From positions 49,251-113,250 of the forward strand of contig BEIE01000006.1 in assembly GCA_002898255.1 (NCBI GenBank): a stretch of 64,000 nt of DNA. Direction: 5' to 3'. This document shows, piece after piece, positions 38,043-46,334 of the stretch (position 1 is its first letter; every line of letters starts with the position of its first letter). The DNA is from a bacterium HR28 (GTDB lineage Bacteria; Chloroflexota; Chloroflexia; Thermomicrobiales; Thermomicrobiaceae). The translations under genes were made by a program, and so were the position numbers. The notes under the pieces are model-generated. The model had not been told where the DNA came from. It searched no databases and saw only the letters and a list, made by a program, of their open reading frames with translations.

Positions 38043-38486
38043 CTATCCCCCCAGTCGCGGGTACTGGAAGCCGATAAGGTTCAGGATGGCCGACACCACG
38101 ACCATGTAGGTCATGTAGCCGGCTAGCGCCCAAGCTGAGAGGCGAAAGAGCGTGCGCCGGAAGACGTCGCGGTACTGTGCTGGAGGTAGCTCGCGGCGGT
38201 ACCCCCGGGTGAGCCAGCGAGCTAGCCCGAGGATGAGTAGGATCGCAAAGAGCGTGGAGAGTAGGGTGATTCCCTGCATGTTAGCCCAGGTGCGCATGAA
38301 GGTGACCGCGCCGACGGCACCGATCAGCGTGGCGACAACTGCCGCCAGCCCGCCACCTCAGCAGACAGCGGCAAGAACGCCACCACCAACAGCGCAGGCC
38401 TTACCTGTGAAGGTAACCTGGGGCTCTTCGAGCGCTTGAGCCTGCGGAGCAGGCATCGGCTGCGCATGCGCCTGCGGTTCAGCCAT
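38043..38486 (-). CDS. MerT-like membrane protein A, predicted selenoprotein (AAVC-U, Sec43; 147 aa)
   Basis: ATG 38486 with AAAGGAGG RBS; MAEPQ...GVLAAVC-TGA(38360-38358)-GGGLAAVVATLIG continues in frame into ORF 38043..38297; about 3 TM helices. Confidence 0.8.
38330..38360 (-). promoter_or_regulatory. Putative bacterial SECIS (MerT-like A)
   Basis: UGA-N10-UGGCGGC-[AGUU]-GUCGCCA; same register and loop as the SECIS of gene B. Confidence 0.75.
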
Positions 38487-38517
38487 AGCCGCTAGCCTCC
38501 TTTCAACTCCGCCGGGT

Positions 38518-38555
38518 GTTATTATCATGCTAATACTCAAATACCGTTCTGTCAA
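38518..38555 (-). promoter_or_regulatory. Sigma70 promoter of the MerT-like operon with an operator over the -10 box
   Basis: TTGACA(38555-38550)-N17-TAGCAT(38532-38527); GAGTATTAGCATGATAATAAC (38538-38518) overlaps the -10. Confidence 0.7.
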
Positions 38556-39006
38556 GGCTAGTCCGACTGAGGCGTGCCCGATTCGTGTCTAAGGTATGTG
38601 AGGGCCGGGATTCCGGGAGGCTGAGGGGGTGCGCCAGTACCTCGATGGTTCTCCTGATCTCAAGAGAACGAGCCGCAGAGTCCTGGTGCGCGTTGGCCGA
38701 ACTCGGTTTGTCCCATTGTGGAGATGAGGCTCGGACGAGGATGCTGACGGCGCATCCTGTTCTACCTCCCTGCACCCGGAGCTACCGAGAGGAAGCACGG
38801 AGTGGCTCCCCTGAACGAGCTGGCTGACCTCTTCTGACTACAGCTGCTGGGGTTGGTCGCACACTCAACGGGATCCTGGCGCGGGTACCCAGAGTGAAGT
38901 CGGAGTAGATCCCCGCGTACCGGCGAGCGGTTAGCGATGCGGATGCGGAAGGCGGCAGCAGGCCTAGGGGCAATGCCGAACCCGATCAATCGTCGAAATG
39001 GTCGTC

Positions 39007-39047
39007 AAAAAGCGATCGCCCCGGGAGCTCCCGAGGCGATTTTCTTT
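39007..39047 (-). terminator. Intrinsic terminator downstream of tRNA-Lys (possibly bidirectional)
   Basis: ATCGCCTCGGGA-GC-TCCCGGGGCGAT followed by CGCTTTTT; T-rich on the other side too. Confidence 0.75.
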
Positions 39048-39059
39048 GCTCTGTTGCGG

Positions 39060-39132
<73 letters not shown>

Positions 39133-39152
39133 ACGGTCCGCCCACGCAGATG

Positions 39153-39181
39153 AGTATACGCGCGCGCAGTTCGCTGTGCAA
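39153..39181 (-). promoter_or_regulatory. Promoter of tRNA-Lys
   Basis: TTGCAC-N17-TATACT just upstream of the tRNA. Confidence 0.65.
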
Positions 39182-39718
39182 GGGCGGCAGGAGAGGGAGA
39201 AGTCGCCTGCGTTGGGGGATAGCCCCCAGGTTGCACAGGCAGACACCGCAAGGTTGTCCGGCCCCTTGTGCACCGACGACTTGCTGCAAAGCTCGTGGTT
39301 GTTGCGATGACAGTCGTCACTGCAACCGGTGGACAGATTATAGATTCCGGCTTCCTCGTAATGCGGCATCCGATCACGATGCTCGCGGGGAGCTCGCAGC
39401 ACGGTCGGTGTTAGTAAGCAAACGGGCAGCAAACCTGCGGGAAGACTACGTCACTGAGCGGAAGCTTGTGATCGACTGCAGGAACCCCAGGGCAAGGCGT
39501 GCGGTGGCAGGAGGGTGAGAGGGGGACGGCGTTAGAGCGGGGCGACTGCGTATGAGCGACTTCGGCGGGAATACGGTGAGCACGCTGGGCGGCAGCCCGA
39601 CCTAGGGTGATGGGAATGGAGAACGTGGAGCGGCGGATTGGCCAGAGGAACCGGCCAAGCCGGAAGACGTCGCTGAAGCAGACATATCCCAGCACGATGC
39701 AGGGGGACGCTCGCGGGA

Positions 39719-40171
39719 TTAGACGGAACCTCCGGCTGTCGACGCGCGCCCGGAACGCGTTCGCCACAGGAGCCGTGCTCGGTACGCGAGTGAGGAGGTG
39801 AGGAGCACAATGCCGAGCACGCCGAGGAAGGGCTGGATAGGCGCGAACCACTGCAGTGCCCCGCTGCTACCCAGGAGCAGCAAGACCAGCTTATTGCACG
39901 TGGGGCAGCCAACGGCAAAGTAGGTGGCAATGGTGCCAGCGGCGAGCCGGCGTTCCGGAAGTGGGCAGGCGGTGGGCCAGGCGTAGGTGGCAGCCAGCGC
40001 CGCGGCCAGCGCCACTGTGACACCAAAGACAAGATAGTCGACCGTGTCGGGTGGCGTCATCCGCCCGAAGATCGGGTTCGGGACGAGGGCAGTGGGTACA
40101 CCGATGACCAGCACCGTCAAAGCAGCACCGAGGATCGCGTAGAGTACGACGCGTATGACATTTGGCTGCAC
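39719..40171 (-). CDS. Membrane protein with CPTC (CxxC) motif
   Basis: About 4 TM helices; PTALVPNPIFGRM, ACP and FAVGCPTCNKLV; GGAGGAG RBS before GTG. Confidence 0.8.
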   Translation of the reverse strand: MQPNVIRVVLYAILGAALTVLVIGVPTALVPNPIFGRMTPPDTVDYLVFGVTVALAAALAATYAWPTACPLPERRLAAGTIATYFAVGCPTCNKLVLLLLGSSGALQWFAPIQPFLGVLGIVLLTSSLAYRARLLWRTRSGRASTAGGSV

Positions 40172-40247
40172 TGAGGACTCCTCCCATCAACCCATCGGAG
40201 TGTACCAACCCGGTAGGCGGTGTTCATGATACGCTGCTCTACCGACT

Positions 40248-41588
40248 ATGGTTGGAGGGAGGAGGGCGGTGGCTGTTCGGTGGACGGAGGCGCTAGCTGC
40301 CTTGCGCTTCCGTGACTTCCGCCTGCTCTGGGCCGGGCAATTTGTCTCCATGCTTGGCACGCAGATGCAGACAGTCGCTCTGAGCTGGCTCGTGTATGAG
40401 CTGACTGGCTCGCCGGCGCAGCTGGGTGGCATGGCGCTGGCGCGCGCGATTCCGACGATCAGCCTCTCCCTGTTCGGCGGGACGCTGGCCGACCAAGTGG
40501 ATCGCCGCAGGCTTCTCCTGGTGACACAGACGTTCGCAGCGGCGTTGTTGGCTGGCCTTGCCGTCTGCGTGAGCCTCGGATGGACGGCGTTGCCATTGCT
40601 CTACACCTTTGCGTTCGCCTCTGCAGCCGCAATGGCGTTCGATGCACCCGCCCGGCAGGCGTTGATTCCTGCGTTAGTTCCGCGCGAGCGCTTGGCGAAT
40701 GCCTTGACACTGAACGTGCTCGCCTGGGATGTGGCGGCGGTCGCTGGACCTGCACTTGGTGGCCTCGTGATCGCGCGGCTGGGAGTGTCGGCAGCGTTCT
40801 GGGCCGATGCACTGAGTTATCTTGCGGTGGTGGCTGCCCTGCTGCTGATGCGGCGGGACATTCCGACTCCACAGCCGGAGCGGCGTGGTTGGGAAGCATT
40901 TACCGATGGCCTCGCCTTCGTGCGGCGACGGCCCGTCCTCTGGCAACTCATGCTGCTCGACTTCTTCGCTGTTGTTCTGGCATCTGCGACGGGGCTCCTG
41001 CCAGTTTTTGCCCGAGACGTGCTGGGAGTGGGACCGGAAGGCCTCGGCCTCTTGTTTGCCGCGCCGAGCATCGGTGCCATTGCGGGAGCAGCTCTCTTTG
41101 CGTTCCTCTCGATGCCGAAGCATCCAGGGCGAGTGGTGGTTTGGGTGGTTGTGGGGTACGGCGCGTCCCTTGCCTTCTTCGGAGTGAGCCGCTCGTTCTG
41201 GCTCTCCCTCACGCTGCTCGCTCTCTCTGGTGGGCTCGATGCCGTGAGTATGGCGCTACGGCATACAATGCGACAGCTCGCGACGCCAGATGCCTATCGT
41301 GGGCGGGTCGGTGCACTCGCCTCAGTCTTTGCTGCTGGTGGGCCACGCCTGGGTCAGTTCCAAGCTGGTCTTCTTGCCAGCGTTGTGGGGCCTGCGGGTG
41401 CGATGGTGTTGGGTGGGATTGGGTGTGTCATGGTCGCGCTGGCGACTCGCTGGTGGGCGCTCGACTTGTGGCGATACCGCGGTGAGGAACTCACTGAGGT
41501 GCATCCCGCGAGAACGCACGGTGAACGCGGCAGCGCTCCGACAGGCATGAGATCAGGAACGCTGTCCGATTTGGGAAGAAAGTCCTAG
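40248..41588 (+). CDS. MFS transporter (MFS_3/EntS-like)
   Basis: RDFRLLWAGQFVS, GTLADQVDRRRLL and PARQALIP motifs; 12 TM helices. Confidence 0.92.
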   Translation: MVGGRRAVAVRWTEALAALRFRDFRLLWAGQFVSMLGTQMQTVALSWLVYELTGSPAQLGGMALARAIPTISLSLFGGTLADQVDRRRLLLVTQTFAAALLAGLAVCVSLGWTALPLLYTFAFASAAAMAFDAPARQALIPALVPRERLANALTLNVLAWDVAAVAGPALGGLVIARLGVSAAFWADALSYLAVVAALLLMRRDIPTPQPERRGWEAFTDGLAFVRRRPVLWQLMLLDFFAVVLASATGLLPVFARDVLGVGPEGLGLLFAAPSIGAIAGAALFAFLSMPKHPGRVVVWVVVGYGASLAFFGVSRSFWLSLTLLALSGGLDAVSMALRHTMRQLATPDAYRGRVGALASVFAAGGPRLGQFQAGLLASVVGPAGAMVLGGIGCVMVALATRWWALDLWRYRGEELTEVHPARTHGERGSAPTGMRSGTLSDLGRKS

Positions 41589-43948
41589 TGGTGACTGACG
41601 ACCGGCCCAGTAGGATGGAAGTACGCTCGGTGGAGCCGAGATCACGTGCGCCGAGAAATGAGGCGACTAGCGTGGAGAGGTCGAGCGATCTCGATCTGAT
41701 CATCATCGACCAAGATCCAGTGCGACGAGCTGCCGTTGCACGGTTGGCGGAAGCACTTGGGGTCGGCCAAGTGGTGACGCTGGAGGAATGGCCGGAATCG
41801 TTCACCTCGGCACTCGTTGAGAAACCGACCGTCGTTCTGGTTGATGGAGCGCTGCTCAGCCGTCATGCACTCGACCTCCCGACCCAGGCACGGTCCGGGC
41901 TCTTGTTCGTGGCGATGGTGCACGGTGAGTCAGGGACGACGCCGGAGTTTTTGGCTGCTGGCTTTGGTGCAGTTCTGTACGATCCGATCACAGTGGTCGA
42001 CCTGGAGCGAATCGTCGCGTTGGCCAGGTCGGTGCTAGCGCGAGAGCGCGATCGGGAGCGGCGTCAGCTCGTCAAGCTGCATGCGTTGCGGCAGGTGGAA
42101 GCCGACCTCACCTTGCTGGCCGAATTGACACCCGAGTGGTTGATGCAGAGTCTTCGGCTTCTGCAGAGAATTCTCGAGGTTCCGGCGTTGGCGGTGTGGC
42201 GGGTCGACTGGGAGAACGACACGCTTCTCAGTGAGGGGGCCGTCGGCCTCCCAGCGGCGTTTGTGCGTGAGGTCGAGCGGCAGGCGCATGGGCGAGCGGC
42301 GGAGCTCGTGCACCGAGCCCTGGAGTCAGCTGTCCGACCCGTAGATATGCGAGAAGGATCGAACGACGAGCGAGTGGTCACGGCTCCGGAAATCCGCCGC
42401 GAGACCGGGCTAGAGGCAGGGGTAGTAGTGCCGATCCGGCGCGCCGGACGGGTCGTTGCCTTGCTCTCGGTCTATCTTCGGCGGATGGAGGATTTCGACC
42501 GTGCCGATATGCAGTTGTACGACTCGGCAGCCGAGGCGTTGGCAGTGGCCTGGACCGTCGCTGAAACTCGTCGGGAACTCCTCTTGAACCAGCAACTGTA
42601 TCGTGCGCTTGTTGAGGAGCAACCGGTTGGGATTGTTCTGTGCGCAATGGATGGAAGTGTGCGGCTGGCGAACGGTTCGGCGGCTCGGCTTCTTGGCTAT
42701 GAGCGTCCGGAGCGCCTCATTGGTGTGCGACTACCAGAGGTGGTCCGAACTCTTGCTCCACTACCATGGGACGAGTGGTGTCAGCGTCCGGTCGGAGCAC
42801 CATCTGTCGGGGCGGTCATCCCTGTGCTGTCCCTTGACAAGCGGCTCCGGATTATTGAGTTCCACGCGCGGATTGTCGAACTTCCTGGAACCGGTGCACG
42901 GTGGGAGCCGCAGGTACAGCTTGTCCTTCAGGACGTGACGCTGGAACGGCGCCGCCTGATGGAGCTCGAGCTTCTGCACGATTTGACGCGGATGGTCAGT
43001 GAGGATCGCAATCTCGATGCGGCCTTTCAGATAGTGGCTGATCGATTACAACGGGAGTTCGGCTATGGGCTGGTCGGCTTAGCCCTGCTCAGCCCAGATG
43101 GGTCGCGCTTCGTGGGGCGGGCAGTTCGCGTCGAAGGTGGACTGACCTACAACGAATGGCGAGCCGACCGTGGGGTGACCGGTCGAGCGGTGCGGGAAAA
43201 CCGCGCGCAGTTCGTTGTGGATGTGCGCCAGGATCCGGACTACTTCGATCCACAGCCTGATCTCCAAATGGAGAGCGAGGTGGTGGCGGTGCTCCGTCGC
43301 AACGGCGAGCCGATTGGTGTCCTCAACATCGAGAGTAGGAGGGGCCATCGGCTCGACCAGGAGGATCTCCGGCTGGCGCTGAACGTCGCAGTACATCTGG
43401 AGCTCCTGATGCGCCAGGTGGAGCTGACGGAGCAGCTCGAGCGCCAGGCACTGAGTGATCCGCTGACTGGATTGCCGAACCGGCGTGCACTGCTCGAGCA
43501 CCTGCGGCGTGCACTCCGCGACCGCCGGGTGGAGAGCGTAGTGGTGATCCTAATTGATTTTGACGGATTCAAGACGCTCAACGACGAGAAGGGACATCTC
43601 TTTGGAGACTCGATGCTGCAAGCGGTGGCGCAACGCCTCGCGCAGTCGCTGCGCCCCAGTGATCTCGTGGCGCGCTACGGGGGTGACGAGTTCGCGGTGG
43701 TGCTCGCTGACGTGAATCTCCAGGTGGCGGAAGAAGTTGCGGAGCGGCTGCGTCAACGGATCGCAGGTTCCCCGTTCCAGGTTCACGACCAGCTGGTCAA
43801 TCTGACAATTTCGCTGGGCATCGCCGCCTATCCACAGCATGGCGATACGCCAGACATGCTGCTCCGTGCGGCCGACGAAGCGCTGTATGCTGCCAAGCGG
43901 CGCGGCGGGAATGCGGTTGCGCTCGCTGACAAGCATACGGCGCATTAA
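41588..43948 (+). CDS. Diguanylate cyclase (REC-like, GAF, PAS, GAF and GGDEF domains)
   Basis: DPLTGLPNRR, DFDGFKTLND and RPSD I-site before RYGGDEF. Confidence 0.9.
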   Translation: MVTDDRPSRMEVRSVEPRSRAPRNEATSVERSSDLDLIIIDQDPVRRAAVARLAEALGVGQVVTLEEWPESFTSALVEKPTVVLVDGALLSRHALDLPTQARSGLLFVAMVHGESGTTPEFLAAGFGAVLYDPITVVDLERIVALARSVLARERDRERRQLVKLHALRQVEADLTLLAELTPEWLMQSLRLLQRILEVPALAVWRVDWENDTLLSEGAVGLPAAFVREVERQAHGRAAELVHRALESAVRPVDMREGSNDERVVTAPEIRRETGLEAGVVVPIRRAGRVVALLSVYLRRMEDFDRADMQLYDSAAEALAVAWTVAETRRELLLNQQLYRALVEEQPVGIVLCAMDGSVRLANGSAARLLGYERPERLIGVRLPEVVRTLAPLPWDEWCQRPVGAPSVGAVIPVLSLDKRLRIIEFHARIVELPGTGARWEPQVQLVLQDVTLERRRLMELELLHDLTRMVSEDRNLDAAFQIVADRLQREFGYGLVGLALLSPDGSRFVGRAVRVEGGLTYNEWRADRGVTGRAVRENRAQFVVDVRQDPDYFDPQPDLQMESEVVAVLRRNGEPIGVLNIESRRGHRLDQEDLRLALNVAVHLELLMRQVELTEQLERQALSDPLTGLPNRRALLEHLRRALRDRRVESVVVILIDFDGFKTLNDEKGHLFGDSMLQAVAQRLAQSLRPSDLVARYGGDEFAVVLADVNLQVAEEVAERLRQRIAGSPFQVHDQLVNLTISLGIAAYPQHGDTPDMLLRAADEALYAAKRRGGNAVALADKHTAH

Positions 43949-43952
43949 TGTG

Positions 43953-45053
43953 TCACGGCAGCTCAAGCAACTCATGGGGAGAGGCGGTAAGTCGCTCTGC
44001 GCCTTCTTCTGTGATGATAACGACGTCTTCAATGCGGAGTCCCCAGCGGTTCGGAAAGTAGACGCCGGGCTCGTCGGTCACGACCATCCCGGGCTGCAGC
44101 ACGTCCCGGTTGCCTTGGACGAGATACGGAGGCTCGTGAACGCTGAGCCCCAGTCCATGCCCAAGGCGGTGAATGAACGCTTCGGCGAGGCCGTGTTGGG
44201 CGAGCACGTCACGGGCGATCTGGTCGATCTCCTCGCAGGGCACGCCAGGACGCATGGCCGCGAAGGCAGCCTGTTGTGCCTCAAGCACGGCCTCGTACGC
44301 GGCTGCGAAATCGGGGTCGCGGAGCGAACCAGCGACCGGCGTCCGCGTCATGTCTGCGTAGTAGCCTTGGTATGGACCTCCAATGTCGATGACCACAGGA
44401 TCACCGGGTTGGACGATGCGATCACTTGTCGAATGGTGCGGCGAGGCGGCGTTCGGGCCGCTGGCAACGATACAGAACTCGACGTGGTCGAGTCCCGCTT
44501 CGAGTAGCAGTTCGGTCAGACGCCAGGCGATCTGCCGTTCTGTTCGCCCAACGAGTTGCTCGCTCGCGCAGAAGCGTGCCCAGGCGGCGTCGACGCGGGC
44601 GACGGCCTCGCGGAGGAGGGCCAGTTCAGCAGGGCTCTTGACGATACGAAGGGTCTGGAGGAGAGGGCTGACACGGACGAAGCGGCGATTCGGCAGCCGC
44701 TCCTGGAGAGGGAGGAGAAATGCGGCCCAAAACTCATCGTTGACGCCGATTGTGTGCGCAGCGAATCGTTCGAGCTGAGACGCGAGAAGTTGAAGAGGAT
44801 CTTCGCCGTCCTTCCAACGCAGTACTGTGCCAACACCCACCTCTGCGAATCGTGGCGCTTCGAGTTCTGGAACGACGAGAACCGGCTCACCGTCGCAGGG
44901 AAGCACGAGCGCGAGCAGTCGCTCACTCGGGCTCGCTGGTTGCCCAGTGAGATACCGGAAGTCAGCGGAGGGACCGATAAGCGCGGCGTCAATGCCATGC
45001 TCAGCAAGGAGCGAGCGTGAGCGGGCGAGCCGGTGCTCAAGTTCAGTGCGCAT
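43953..45053 (-). CDS. M24 Xaa-Pro aminopeptidase
   Basis: SGPNAASPHH, DIGG...YYADMTRT, HRLGHGLGLSVHE, DEPGVY and LRIED motifs. Confidence 0.93.
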   Translation of the reverse strand: MRTELEHRLARSRSLLAEHGIDAALIGPSADFRYLTGQPASPSERLLALVLPCDGEPVLVVPELEAPRFAEVGVGTVLRWKDGEDPLQLLASQLERFAAHTIGVNDEFWAAFLLPLQERLPNRRFVRVSPLLQTLRIVKSPAELALLREAVARVDAAWARFCASEQLVGRTERQIAWRLTELLLEAGLDHVEFCIVASGPNAASPHHSTSDRIVQPGDPVVIDIGGPYQGYYADMTRTPVAGSLRDPDFAAAYEAVLEAQQAAFAAMRPGVPCEEIDQIARDVLAQHGLAEAFIHRLGHGLGLSVHEPPYLVQGNRDVLQPGMVVTDEPGVYFPNRWGLRIEDVVIITEEGAERLTASPHELLELP

Positions 45054-45069
45054 ACATGACCCCCTGCTG

Positions 45070-46215
45070 TCACGATGGGAAACGGTAGATGCGCTGGGCA
45101 TTCCCGTAAAGGAGCAAAGTGGCATCCGTCTCAGCGTCGGCGAGCGTTGAGAGTCCCTCATCGATCAACGCGCCGAAGGCACGGACGATCGCGTGGCGCC
45201 ACATCCGCGCGACGAACCATTGGCGCTCTGGAAGGAACTGGCCACCCGTCGAGGCGAGCAGCTTGGTCGTGGGGACACTCGCGAGGAGTTCGCGCAGCAG
45301 CGCAGGTGCCTCGCTGGGACGGCTCAAGAATGCTGGACCAGGATCAAGGTACAGGTGCGGATAGCGGCGGGCAAGGGCGAGTGCGTGCGGATGCAGGCGA
45401 ACGGCACTCACGAAGACAAGCGGGACGTGCTGATAGCGTGGTTCATCGAGAACGATCTGAAAGAGCGACGGGTCGTCTGCGTGGGGATCTCGGGCTGATC
45501 CCTGAGCCAGGAGAATCTGGAAGGGAATGCTCAGTTCCGCGGCGACCTCGAGCGCGACCCAGAACAGTGCGTAGAGGAGTCTCCGGTGTTGCAGCTGCCT
45601 AAATGAGCCGGCGTCGATCTCGGCGCGGACTTCGTAGAACGAGCGATCCGCGGTGGCGACATCCACCGGCTGGATGGCGAGCGACGTTCGCTGCGGGAAG
45701 TCGCTGACAAAGCCGAGCGCGCCGCGACCGACTGCCTCGGCGAGGGATTGCGCGAAAAGGGTACGGAGTTCGTCCCAGGAGGAGCAGTGCGGGAGGAGCC
45801 GTTCGGCAAGCGGCTCGATCGGAACGAGAGATCCGATTGGGCGTTGGATGATCGCCGCCCACTCGGTAGGAGAGCGGGTCATTTCGTCTTCGGCAACGAT
45901 GGCACAACAGGGGCCAAGGCGCGCGTCATCCGCGAGGAGCCGTTCGTACTCGTCAAGAGAGCGTTCGGCACGGGCGGCAAGGACAGCTTGTTCGGTCGGG
46001 TCGCAACCGAGGAGTTCGGCGAGCCAGCGAAGTGCGAGGCGATAGGGAAGCGTAAAAGGGGCCGAGCGCTGCGCGTCCGGCAGAGCGTCAGGGAGGAAGC
46101 AACGGTGGAAATACCCGGCAGGGATGCGAGGAGCGAGTCGCTGGGGCGGGGTGCAGGAGTGATCGAAGAGAGGTCGATCGGCTAGCCGCTCGTGGAGCCA
46201 ATCGCGTGCGGACAT
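45070..46215 (-). CDS. Amidohydrolase-fold protein (FluG N-terminal-like), metal ligands degenerate
   Basis: LAELLGCDPTEQAVLAAR, YPHLYLD, PTTKLLASTGG..PE and NAQRIY. DHSCT replaces DHHxH. Confidence 0.75.
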   Translation of the reverse strand: MSARDWLHERLADRPLFDHSCTPPQRLAPRIPAGYFHRCFLPDALPDAQRSAPFTLPYRLALRWLAELLGCDPTEQAVLAARAERSLDEYERLLADDARLGPCCAIVAEDEMTRSPTEWAAIIQRPIGSLVPIEPLAERLLPHCSSWDELRTLFAQSLAEAVGRGALGFVSDFPQRTSLAIQPVDVATADRSFYEVRAEIDAGSFRQLQHRRLLYALFWVALEVAAELSIPFQILLAQGSARDPHADDPSLFQIVLDEPRYQHVPLVFVSAVRLHPHALALARRYPHLYLDPGPAFLSRPSEAPALLRELLASVPTTKLLASTGGQFLPERQWFVARMWRHAIVRAFGALIDEGLSTLADAETDATLLLYGNAQRIYRFPS

Positions 46216-46334
46216 ATCCCAGCTCCCTTGCCGTCCCGCGCGCCTAGCTGCGCAGCGTCTTCCGCAAGCAATGTCCGGAGCACAGCAGCATTTCGCCGAC
46301 CTCATGGTACACTGCGGCGTGCTGGAGGTGGTCA

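Noticed and set aside
39150..39518. Cys-rich plus-strand ORF (GCPAPCAPTTCCKARGCC), metallothionein-like at first glance
   Set aside because: It starts within the tRNA promoter on the opposite strand, has no RBS, and the rest looks random.
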